DNA of 63,999 bases, filler included, from Acidimicrobiia bacterium (GTDB lineage: Bacteria > Actinomycetota > Acidimicrobiia > Spongiisociales > CAZKJJ01): the NCBI GenBank assembly GCA_046759765.1. It is 24 parts of 24 records of this genome, joined end to end, with 100 filler letters (N's around TTAATTAATTAA, not from the genome) between each part and the next. Parts side by side here need not be neighbours in the genome. Positions count along the whole stretch, not along the records: positions 49,338 to 51,779 come from JBHICV010000263.1; positions 51,880 to 54,314 come from JBHICV010000264.1; positions 54,415 to 56,808 come from JBHICV010000266.1; positions 56,909 to 59,272 come from JBHICV010000267.1; positions 59,373 to 61,735 come from JBHICV010000268.1; 19 more parts are not named here. One strand, written 5' to 3'. The notes beneath the pieces were generated by a model, which searched no databases, was not told the DNA's origin, and saw only the letters and a list, made by a program, of their open reading frames with translations. The position numbers and the translations under genes are program-made. The stretch's first letter is position 1. Each line of letters starts with the position of its first letter. Shown piece by piece: positions 50,113 to 59,510 of this stretch.

Positions 50113-50432
50113 CCCGGGAGCTAGCCATAGCCGGTGGATCGGAATGTCGGATTACGGACATCCCGGTCTGCCAAGCACGTGCAGCAGTGTTGGTAGAAGT
50201 GAGGTGATCGATAATGAGCTGCAAGATCATCGTTCGTGAGGGTCGCCAGCTTCGTATCCACATCGGACATGTGATCTCCTGGGGCCCCGACACGGTTCAC
50301 CTGCTCATTACCAGTCCCCAAGACCGCGCCGGACAGACCGAGATCATCGATCTCTCAAGGATTGTCAAGTACGAGCGTCTGGCAGCCTGACGCCGCCCAC
50401 CGCGCTCAGAGGACAATGCAGCAGGACAGTCA

Positions 50433-50460
50433 CCCGCCCATATCGGCACATATGCGCTAG
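50433..50460 (+). repeat. dif-like site (full, consensus-like)
   Basis: CCCGCCCATAT-CGGCAC-ATATGCGCTAG; right arm overlaps the stop codon of the adjacent gene. Confidence 0.85.
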
Positions 50461-51068
50461 TCGGGGATCGTGGAGGGCTGTTTTCTCGGGGCGCGGATTA
50501 GGAGGATTCCGATTGCTATCCAGGTCAGCCCGAATGCGAAGGAAATCAGGGTGCCCTGCAGCCAGGGAAACGCTGTGAACAGCCCAAGACTGAGGGGGAT
50601 TCCTGATCCCCGAGGTAGGAGACCGACCAGGAGGGCTCTCCGTCCGTAGACGATCGTGGCCACTGCCCCAAGAGCTGGCCCCAAAGCAGTAAGGGCTGCG
50701 CCTGGAAATGAGATCGAGAGGGTGGTAGAACCCCACACGGTCAATCCCAGCGTCCACACGATTCCGATAGCGGCTCCTGTCCAGCCCACTATCGCTGCGT
50801 ACCGGCTGAGGGTGGCCACCCAACCGTGGCCAACTCGAACCAGTGCGAGGGCTAGCACGATCAGGGCAAGTGCGATCACTAGAGAGCGGGTGGAGTCGTA
50901 CCAGGAGAGCCCTAGGGGTGTCCGTTGGTAATCGAAAGAGGTGGTTCCGTGCGCAGCCAGGTAGTGGACCCATACCACCAACCAAATAACACCGCTCAAC
51001 GTGGCTGCCCAGCCGGCCCAGGCCAAACCTCTCAAACTCGTTCGCAGCTCGCGGTCCGTGACTCGCAT
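50457..51068 (-). CDS. Hypothetical multi-pass membrane protein
   Basis: About 6 TM segments; GGAG RBS; paralog start at 25924-26006. Confidence 0.75.
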   Translation of the reverse strand: MRVTDRELRTSLRGLAWAGWAATLSGVIWLVVWVHYLAAHGTTSFDYQRTPLGLSWYDSTRSLVIALALIVLALALVRVGHGWVATLSRYAAIVGWTGAAIGIVWTLGLTVWGSTTLSISFPGAALTALGPALGAVATIVYGRRALLVGLLPRGSGIPLSLGLFTAFPWLQGTLISFAFGLTWIAIGILLIRAPRKQPSTIPD

Positions 51069-51134
51069 GTCTCTCCAGCTGCCCGAGTAAGAGTAACTCC
51101 ACACCGTTCCGAAATCGTTACGCAACCTCACCCA

Positions 51135-51151
51135 CCCGCCCATATCGGCAC
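51135..51151 (+). repeat. dif-like half site
   Basis: CCCGCCCATAT-CGGCAC. Confidence 0.75.
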
Positions 51152-51304
51152 GTCGAGGATTGGGGTGGCATTGGCGGGAGCCACTCAGTGTGGCGGTCAA
51201 GACGGGCCGGGACCGAAGCGTTCGTCCAGTTGCTGCAGGGACCCGACTTCGCAGTGCGGTCGGGAGGAAGTGGGCTGTGATGCAGCCCGTTAGCCTCGAG
51301 ACCG

Positions 51305-51779
51305 ATGGGGTACGAGTCGCTGGGGCGGGTTCTCGCGGAGATGGCGGCAGACGATCAGGACCGTGCCGACATGGCGGAGGCAGTAGCCGATTGGCTCACC
51401 GCCGGCGAGGGGACGGAGACGATCGACCTCGCCAGCGTACAACGCTTTGTGTGGTACGAGCTGCCCGTGAAATGGATGGGGAACGGGGGTCTGCGCCGGC
51501 GGACGCTCGAGGCGGCCGCTGAGCTCTTCGACCGGCTCGGCATGGCTCGCTACGCGGAAGTGTGCCGCAGCCCGGTGACCTCCGAGATCCACCACGCCTA
51601 CGTCGAATCTCAGGAGAAGGGCATCAAGGCGTTTCAACGGGCGAACCGTCGCTCAGGCATCGATCCGCCCGATCTGGACAACTTTGTATGGGGCGACGTG
51701 ATGGGTCTTGAGGAGGCCGTCGCACGCCGCGCCGCCGAGCGGGCGCTGGAGGAGGCGATGACGGTGGGTCGGTTTGCCC
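51305..51779 (+). CDS. Hypothetical protein (3' truncated)
   Basis: Protein-like ORF (VQRFVWYELPVKW...SGIDPPD). Confidence 0.7.
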
Positions 51780-51879
51780 NNNNNNNNNNNNNNNNNNNNN
51801 NNNNNNNNNNNNNNNNNNNNNNNTTAATTAATTAANNNNNNNNNNNNNNNNNNNNNNNNNNNNNNNNNNNNNNNNNNNN

Positions 51880-52296
51880 GCCCTCACCGGCCACAAAGCC
51901 CAAGGCATCACCACCGGCCGCACCTTCACCGTCCTCGGCGGAACGGCAGACCGGGAATGGACCTATGTCGCGTTGAGCCGCGGCCGCCAAACCAACACCC
52001 TCTACCTCGACATCCCCCAACCCGACCAGCAACCATGCGTCCATGTCACCCATACGCCACCGAAGCACGGTCTCGATGGTCTCTCTGCCTCCCTGGGCCG
52101 AAGCGCAGCCCAAACCGCCGCTATCGACCACCTCGAAGGAGGGAGACCGTCGGTCACTGCTGAAATCGACACGCTCGGACCTCCCCCACCCAGCGACGAG
52201 CTCCTCGAACTCGTCGCCATGGTCACCCGACGCCGCGATCAACGCCACGAACTCGAACGTCAGCAACCAGGGATCGCGCTGGGCATCGGACGATAG
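51880..52296 (+). CDS. MobF/TrwC relaxase-helicase C-terminus (5' truncated)
   Basis: ALTGHKAQGIT and TYVALSRGRQTN (SF1B helicase motifs V/VI). Confidence 0.85.
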   Translation, partial: ALTGHKAQGITTGRTFTVLGGTADREWTYVALSRGRQTNTLYLDIPQPDQQPCVHVTHTPPKHGLDGLSASLGRSAAQTAAIDHLEGGRPSVTAEIDTLGPPPPSDELLELVAMVTRRRDQRHELERQQPGIALGIGR

Positions 52297-52323
52297 TCAG
52301 ACCACAAAGGGTGGCTTACGGAT

Positions 52324-52351
52324 CAGCGAGATAATGCCGGTTACTGAGCGG
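52324..52351 (-). repeat. dif-like site, relaxase-adjacent type
   Basis: CCGCTCAGTAA-CCGGCA-TTATCTCGCTG. Confidence 0.7.
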
Positions 52352-52552
52352 GTGATGGGACGCTTTGAAAGCTCAGGCCGCGCGCGTTATGTGCGCGCCC
52401 ACGCAACGCGCTCCACAGCGTCCAGTTCGGCGAGAGGGAGTCTGTAATCAACCTCATTTCCTGTCAACGTACCGAGATGATCGCGTCGTCTATCGCAGGG
52501 AAACTGAACATCCTCCGCGGGAAGTCGCGAAGACCGGATTCCGCTAAACGCC

Positions 52553-53191
52553 CTAGCTCTCCACCGTGCTGCCTACCCGGCGTATCAGCACGATGCTGAG
52601 GGCAGCGACCCAGAAGAGAGCGATCGCCAAACCAAACCCGAAAATGGGGTATTGCGGCACCAACGACAGAGCTGCTCCCACTGCACCGACCCAGGCCAAC
52701 CACCGGGGAATCGCCCGATGCCGCAAGGCGATGACGAAGGTGGCTCCCATCAGAAGCGCCATCGCGAAGGCTGTAGCAACGCCCATCGTCGACTCTGCGA
52801 GGCTCGCAGCCAAGCGGGCACCTTCCGAGTCATCTTGGCGTCGGACAAACTCGGCCGCAGTCCTTGTCAGCGCCGAAGACACCAGGATGGTCACCCCTGC
52901 CATCACCCCGCCTGCGAAAGCAACTGCAGATAGACGACCGGTTCCCCCCTCCGCCTGACGCAGCGTGCTACGCAAGCTGCCAGCGAACCACACCAGTGCC
53001 AAGGCCGCCAAGGTACCGGCAGCGACGCTAACCAGCGCGCGGGCCTGGTTGTCGTCCAGCTTCTCTGCCACCACCGAGGCCTCGTCGGCTAGCGCGTCGA
53101 CCACCGGATTGACGACACCAGCAACTACGACGAGCACCACGAAAACGAGCCCGGTTCCCGCCGCCAGGCGCTCCCACTTTGATTGGGCCAT
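52553..53191 (-). CDS. DUF4386-like membrane protein
   Basis: FAGSLRSTLRQAEGGTGRLSAVAFAGG; paralog of 26162-26800; AGGAGG RBS. Confidence 0.8.
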   Translation of the reverse strand: MAQSKWERLAAGTGLVFVVLVVVAGVVNPVVDALADEASVVAEKLDDNQARALVSVAAGTLAALALVWFAGSLRSTLRQAEGGTGRLSAVAFAGGVMAGVTILVSSALTRTAAEFVRRQDDSEGARLAASLAESTMGVATAFAMALLMGATFVIALRHRAIPRWLAWVGAVGAALSLVPQYPIFGFGLAIALFWVAALSIVLIRRVGSTVES

Positions 53192-53362
53192 GTCTTCACC
53201 TCCTGAGATGATTATGGCTCGGGATCCGAGCCGATGTCACTGGGAAGGCGGGCCAGCGATCAGATCACCCGTTCTGAGCGATATCGCCCCTCACCACCAG
53301 GAGCGCATAGCGGCACATCATGTGTGCACGGGTTGGCGGACCTGTGCTCGCCGCGGCCGCGC

Positions 53363-53749
53363 CTAGCCCATATCGGGAGGGCCCCCCTCGAGCGCACGGG
53401 CATCGACGTCTTGACCGAACCGCACGACTATCGCTTGTATCGGCTCCGGACCCTCAGCGATCTCGCGATGTGACACACCGGCCCGAACCACGCCGAAGTC
53501 GCCCTTGGACGCTGTCACCGATTTCATCGGATCGCTGCCGTACTCGACGCGCAGGCTTCCCGACATCATGAAGAACACGGTCGTCTCCGAGCCGTGATGA
53601 TGCCATTCACTCTCCTCACCGGACTCCATGGACGAGATGCCCGCTGAAAGTCCGGGTTCGCTGATCGCGTACTTCCTCCGAACCGCTGACGGCCCACTCT
53701 CCGCAGAGAGATCTGATCCCGACGCAATGCGTACATGATCAAGTGACAT
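53363..53749 (-). CDS. Cupin domain protein
   Basis: WHHHGSETTVFFMMSG...GVSHRE; AGGAGG RBS. Confidence 0.85.
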   Translation of the reverse strand: MSLDHVRIASGSDLSAESGPSAVRRKYAISEPGLSAGISSMESGEESEWHHHGSETTVFFMMSGSLRVEYGSDPMKSVTASKGDFGVVRAGVSHREIAEGPEPIQAIVVRFGQDVDARALEGGPPDMG

Positions 53750-53834
53750 CCAGCCTCCTGAGTTACCCGCTCCCAAAGCTCACGCTACCTGCCCATTATC
53801 GGCACCTCGGAGCTCGGCGGGAGAAGGCGGTTGG

Positions 53835-54296
53835 CTACTCGGGGTGGTGGATCGGTTCGAAAGGCTCGAGACCGCGACGGGCCAGCCTCGTAGCAGCTGG
53901 GTCGACCCCCCGACCGACGACCCCCAACGCTGGAGCGAAGTCGATCGGGTTGAAGTACAGCCGGAGGCTGGTCACCAGGTCGTCGCGGTAGGTGAGGATC
54001 TCGGCCCACTGACTCTCCAAGCGGCGCCCGTTGGCCAGGATGCCGGTCACTGCGAACTCTTCGATGAACGTGTCATCGTCGACGCTGATCACCCGAGGGG
54101 TGAACTCGATCCGCTCAACATGGGCGAACACCCAACCAAGCCATCGACGCACCCCCTCGTGCCCACGGAGACGAACCCCCAGCAGCTCGACGCTGCAATC
54201 GTCAGCGAAACACGCTACGACCCGGTCCAGGTCGCCAGCTTCGAGAGCCTCGTCGAGCTTCGAGGCGGCCTGACGAATCGACGCTTCGGACTGCAC
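53835..54296 (-). CDS. SnoaL/NTF2-like protein
   Basis: GDLDRVVACFADD...RGHEGVRRW...LRLYFN. Confidence 0.85.
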   Translation of the reverse strand: MQSEASIRQAASKLDEALEAGDLDRVVACFADDCSVELLGVRLRGHEGVRRWLGWVFAHVERIEFTPRVISVDDDTFIEEFAVTGILANGRRLESQWAEILTYRDDLVTSLRLYFNPIDFAPALGVVGRGVDPAATRLARRGLEPFEPIHHPE

Positions 54297-54414
54297 AGGC
54301 GTATCAGCAGCGCCNNNNNNNNNNNNNNNNNNNNNNNNNNNNNNNNNNNNNNNNNNNNTTAATTAATTAANNNNNNNNNNNNNNNNNNNNNNNNNNNNNN
54401 NNNNNNNNNNNNNN

Positions 54415-54827
54415 ACCCTCGGGTGCGGGTGGCATCGCTCTCCGAGCTTCGGGTCGGGGACGTAGTGGACTTCTCCTACCCCACCGAGCTGTCTCCCGCT
54501 TCGCTCTTCCGCCTCGATCGGCCCGGTGCCGGAGGGGTCGGGCCCGATCTCGACATTGTTGCCTTCGGAACCGACTGCACCCACATGGGCTGTCCGCTGC
54601 GGGGGAAGTTCAATCCGGACCATGCCGTTCTGGGCCCCTGCGGCTGTCACTTCACGACCTTCGATCTCACCCTCAGAGGCCAAGTGGTCATCGGCCAGGC
54701 GACCCAAGACCTGCCGCAAATCGTTCTCGATGTCGAGGGGGACGACATCTACGCCGTAGGGACCATGGGAATCCTCTATGGGTTCCGCGAGAACCTCTCG
54801 GATGCGCCCATTGTGGAAGGACTCTGA
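54415..54827 (+). CDS. Rieske small subunit, AioB/IdrB-like (5' truncated)
   Basis: GGVGPDLDIVAF...CTHMGC...GPCGCHFTTFD...GQATQDLPQ. Confidence 0.92.
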
Positions 54828-54828
54828 T

Positions 54829-56808
54829 ATGGCGGCTACACCCAGTGCGACAACCAGCGTTCCGCTTCCTCCGCCGACGGCCCGCGTAGTCACCACCGCT
54901 TGCGAATACTGTCCCGTGGCCTGTGGCTACAAGGCGTATATATGGCCGGTCGGAGCGGACGGAGGCCCGGCGGCGGCGCAGAACGCCCTCGGTGCTGACT
55001 TCCCAGTCGGTCCGGTGACCGGACACTGGCCTTCTCCCAACATGCACACCGTGGTCACCATCGACGATCGACTCCAAAACGTCCTGGTGCTCCCTGATCC
55101 CGACGCGGACGTAGTCAACGTGGGCGGCAACCACAGCGTCCGGGGAGGAACCCTGGCCCTCAAGCTCTACCGGTCGGACGGCTCCACTCACGACCGGCTC
55201 CAGCAGCCTCTCCTGAGGGTCAACGGCACGCTGCAGAGGATCTCTTGGGACTCGGCGATCGAGATAACTGCGTCGATGATCGGCCACGTCGTCGACACGT
55301 ACGGCGAGCTGGCCATGGGCTTCAAGCACTACTCCTATCAGTACTTCGAAAACACCTACGCCATCACCAAGTTCGCCTACGGCGCCATCGGCACCCCCAA
55401 CGTTGCGCCTCACCACAACACAGGGCACGGAACTGACACACCCGGGCTCGACGACACCGGCGTCGACGCTTTCAGCGCGGCCTACGAGGACTATGCGGAA
55501 GCCGATGTCCTTCTGATCGTGGGCACCGATCCTTACGAGACGAAGACCGTCGCCTTCACCCAGTGGATCGCGCCCGGAGGGGCGACGATCGTCCATATGG
55601 AGCCGCGCCGGACGTTCACCTCCGCCTACGCGGAGAAGAACGGAGGTGTCCACCTCCAGGTATGGCCGGGAACGGATGCCTGGGCGCTCGGAGCCATTGC
55701 GCGTCTCATCCTGGAGCGCGGGTGGGAGGACAGCGACTTCATTCGGGATCACGTCACCCAGACACGAGCCGAGATCGACGTGGACGACGCCTGGCGACGG
55801 AGGCAATTCGGAAGGACTTGGGAAGAGTTCCGCGAGGCAACGCTGGCGGAAGACGACTACCGGCTCGACCGAGCCGCATCCATAACCCGAGTGCCGGCTG
55901 AGAAGCTCGAACGTGCCGCCGAGCTGCTAGCCCGTCCCTCCGGCGGGGCGCCACCCAAGACCACCCTTCTCTACGAGAAGGGCCTCTATTGGACCCACAA
56001 CTACGAGAACACAGCAGCCATGGGCAACCTCTCGGTGCTGCTGGGAGCACGGGGACGGCCCGGCCGAGCCACCTCACGCATGGGAGGCCACCAACGAGGG
56101 GGTATGGCAGGCGCCAAATACCCGATCGAGAAGTCCCCCACCACCTTCGAAGGCCGGCAGGTCGAGATGGACTGCGACCGGTGGGTCGTCGAAGGCAACA
56201 CCCGCATGGTTTGGTCGATAGGCAATGACTGGGTTAACGGGAGCGGGGCCAGCCACCACCTCGCCGGCCGACTTAGAGAAATGACAAGGGAGACGGCCCC
56301 GCAACTGACCTCGCCGGTACCTTCGACCGTCATCTCTCAGCTCGAGGCCCGGCTTAGAAACGGCGGCATGTTCATCGTGCAGAGTGAGATCTATCTCAAT
56401 GACAACTCGGAGTTCGCCGACCTCGTCCTACCCGCTGCCACATGGGGAGAAGAGGACTTCACTCGCAACAATGCTGAGCGCCGGCTCCGGCTTTACGGGA
56501 AAATCATGGACCCGCCCGGAGAAGCCAAACCGGATTGGTGGGCGGTTTCCCAGGTTGCCCAACGGATGGGCTTCGAGGGGTTCGATTGGGCCGATTCGAA
56601 CACGGTGTTCGAGGAATCGGGGCCGTTAGCTTCGGGGCGCAAGGACTACAGCAAGCTCGTCGAGCACGCCCAGTCGGAAGGCGTGCCGGCTCATGAGCTG
56701 GTCCGCAGCTTGGGAACCACCGGGATTCAGACTCCCGTCCAGATCGCGGGCAGCGGGATTATGGGCACCGTCCGACTCCACGAGGACCTGCAATTCAAGA
56801 CCTCCAAC
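54829..56808 (+). CDS. Molybdopterin large subunit, AioA/IdrA-like (3' truncated)
   Basis: CEYCPVACGY (3Fe-4S), NHSVRGG, YFENTYAITK, DPYET, YEKG, RMGGHQRG. Confidence 0.92.
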
Positions 56809-56908
56809 NNNNNNNNNNNNNNNNNNNNNNNNNNNNNNNNNNNNNNNNNNNNTTAATTAATTAANNNNNNNNNNNNNNNNNNNNNNNNNNNNNNNNNNNN
56901 NNNNNNNN

Positions 56909-57313
56909 GGGATCATCGGGAGGGATGACGGTGAGCTGGAGATCACAGACGCCACCGGCACTACCGCCGGAACAGCTGACCAGCTCGTAGGTGTGTAGCT
57001 CAGGAGCTCCGCCGTCGTCGTAGGGAAGACGGTCGGAGTAGAAGGAGAGCTTGTCCCAGTCCAGCTCGGCCACCGGATGGAGATCTCCCGAATCGCCCCG
57101 GGGGATCGACTGGCGGGCGTGGATGATCATCTCCCGAATCACAGGGCGCGTTTCCCGCTCCACATCCTCGAGGTTGTAGGTCACCTGGATGTTGCCGAAC
57201 AGCCCTCCGAACAGGCCCATGACGATCGCCATCGTCAGCGCGACGATGAACGAGACGATCGTCAACTCGGCGATGGAAACGCCCTGGTCGTCCTTAAGAA
57301 GGGGGCGCATCAC
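56909..57313 (-). CDS. Type IV pilin-like (PilW-type) protein (3' truncated)
   Basis: DDQG-VSIAE prepilin cleavage motif followed by a hydrophobic helix. Confidence 0.8.
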
Positions 57314-58923
57314 GGACACTCGGGGTCGCTGGCTCCCCAGGTAGTTGTGCTACCCGCGGAGATGGTGACCGTTCCGGAGACGGCGACCGAACCGTCGTAA
57401 CAGAGTTTCGTGACCTCGTAGGTCCCGGGAGGAACTGCCGCGGTGGCCTTGTCGTTGCTGTTGGGGAGAACGTGCTGGTAGTCGTCGGGAGAGCCCGAAT
57501 CGCGGAACCCGAATATGCCCTGGCCCGACTTCTCGAAGAGGATCGCTCCATATCCCGAGGGCGTGTTGAGGGTCACGGTCCTGTCCTCTGGCGCCCAGGA
57601 GGCCTGGGTGTGTGGGTCGTGTCCGTACGGCGATACAACCTCGAGCACGTCCACGTCCTCGTCCTGGGGCAGGTGGGTGTACACCTTGCCCGTTTCGTCG
57701 GTGACCAGCACCATCGTGCCCCATAGAGGGTTGGTGAACGACACAATGGCCCCTGTCATCGGGTTGCTGTACTCGTCTTTCACCTCGATCTCGAAACCCG
57801 ACGTGCTGCTCGAAGACTGCGCCATTCCAATGACCTCGACGTGATCCAGGTCCGTCGGGTAGCCGCTCGGCACCAAGGCCCCCACCACCGTGGGCAGGCG
57901 ATCCTCTGCCATAACGGTGAAGGTGAACAGGCCCGGAACAATTGGTGCTCCGTCGATCGTCGTCAGCTTCCAAGTGCCTTTGACAGTCTGCGATCCCTGG
58001 TCGTAGACCTCGGTGCCACCGTCGTGCTCCACGTACAGATAGGCGTTCGTTTCTATGGGGTCGCCATCCTCTTTCTCGACTATGGATATCTCGATGGTGC
58101 TGGGCCGGTAGATCGTGATGGCGGCACTCACCGTCTGCGTGGCGTCGGTGTGCACCCGCTCGGACTGGTTGAACAGATCATCGGGATGAATCCGCCACTT
58201 CTCCGGAAACCCTCCCTCGATGTCGCACCCCGTGGGACTGAGGCGGATGTAGTACCAGTAGTTGGGTTTCGCCGGGTCCGGCTCGTTGGGGTCGAGAATG
58301 GCGATTATCTGGGTGTCGTTGGTCGATGAGGAGATGATGTCGGGCAACGTGTCTCGGGTGAGGCAGACCTTCGGGTTCGTAGCAGGGTCCGGGACGCCCG
58401 AGGGGTTCGCTCGCAGCAGGTTGACGATGACGTTGACCTTGCCCTCGTGAGCCGCCAAGTTGGGAGGCGCCACGATGGTGTCCATGATGACCGGTGAGAC
58501 CGCACCGGTCGGATGGCTGATGGTGATGCTCACGCGCTTGTAGTCGACGCCGAGGTCGCCCACGGAGGGGACGCCGTCGCCGCCGCCGGGCATGATGTTC
58601 AGGCCCGTGATCGAACCCACGAACTCGACCTCGGTGGTGACGAGAAAATCGACCCCCTGCAGGGTGACGGTCTTCGTCGGGCTGAGGACTCCGGCCGGCG
58701 ACGACGACGGGAACCCAACATCCAAGTACGGGAGGCTGCGAACTTCCTCGAGCTGCGCTTGCGCGAGGTTGGAAGCGATCGATACCAGCTTGGCTCGGTG
58801 GAGACCGCCTAGGGCGGCCATTACAGGCGTGATCGTCATAAGGATGCCGATGGCGAGGACGGCAAGAGCCACCGCCGCCTCCGACAATGTGAATCCGTCA
58901 TCACGCGCGAACGACCTGGACAT
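57310..58923 (-). CDS. Large prepilin-type (PilV-like) protein with Ig/carboxypeptidase-regulatory-like domains
   Basis: RDDG-FTLSE motif, LAQAQLEEVRSLPY, YKRVSITI, VTDETGK. Confidence 0.82.
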   Translation of the reverse strand: MSRSFARDDGFTLSEAAVALAVLAIGILMTITPVMAALGGLHRAKLVSIASNLAQAQLEEVRSLPYLDVGFPSSSPAGVLSPTKTVTLQGVDFLVTTEVEFVGSITGLNIMPGGGDGVPSVGDLGVDYKRVSITISHPTGAVSPVIMDTIVAPPNLAAHEGKVNVIVNLLRANPSGVPDPATNPKVCLTRDTLPDIISSSTNDTQIIAILDPNEPDPAKPNYWYYIRLSPTGCDIEGGFPEKWRIHPDDLFNQSERVHTDATQTVSAAITIYRPSTIEISIVEKEDGDPIETNAYLYVEHDGGTEVYDQGSQTVKGTWKLTTIDGAPIVPGLFTFTVMAEDRLPTVVGALVPSGYPTDLDHVEVIGMAQSSSSTSGFEIEVKDEYSNPMTGAIVSFTNPLWGTMVLVTDETGKVYTHLPQDEDVDVLEVVSPYGHDPHTQASWAPEDRTVTLNTPSGYGAILFEKSGQGIFGFRDSGSPDDYQHVLPNSNDKATAAVPPGTYEVTKLCYDGSVAVSGTVTISAGSTTTWGASDPECP

Positions 58924-59076
58924 GGAAGAGGTATCGACCGTCCTAGTCGTGCCGGTCAGCGTCATTTTCGCGGTCGCAGGGGTGACTAGTTCCCGACCGC
59001 GGCGCGCGCCATCAAACCCTCTCCGGGCCATGCGGACGTTATCGACAGATCGATTGCCCGGGCTTAGACCAATCGG

Positions 59077-59272
59077 CTAGCCGGTCTTGGGTCCTCGGGG
59101 CAGCAGCCGGTAGACGTCGAACACCCCTTCCACATCGTCGATCTCGGAGATGATCCGGTCGACCTGGAGAGGATCGCTGAGCTCGACCTCATAGCGGAGC
59201 ATTGCCACGCGGTCCCTCCCGGTGCTGGAGGAGGAGGCGAGTATGTTGCCGCCCACTTCCGAGATCACTGAG
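59077..59272 (-). CDS. ACT domain C-terminus, probably RelA/SpoT
   Basis: ISEVGGNI...YEVEL...IDDVEGVFDVYR. Confidence 0.7.
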
Positions 59273-59510
59273 NNNNNNNNNNNNNNNNNNNNNNNNNNNN
59301 NNNNNNNNNNNNNNNNTTAATTAATTAANNNNNNNNNNNNNNNNNNNNNNNNNNNNNNNNNNNNNNNNNNNNAAACGGAATCAGATGAAGTCGTGTCATG
59401 CCGGCGCTCCTGTCAAAAAGGTCTCCGCTCACTAGGCGCCGAGGATCCTGGTCAGCCGGTGGAGCAGGTGGGAAGATGATGGTGTGCTTGCTTGCCGCTG
59501 ACCAGGACTC

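Noticed and set aside
53363..53379. CTAGCCCATATCGG as another dif-like site
   Set aside because: Lies in the last codons of the cupin gene and lacks the spacer end and right arm; left uncounted, though it could be a remnant.
26075..53805. The 28-bp motif read as a CRISPR repeat or integron attC
   Set aside because: No 30-40 bp spacer periodicity and no cas genes; no RYYYAAC/GTTRRRY boxes. The 11-6-11 dyad fits a Xer-type site better.
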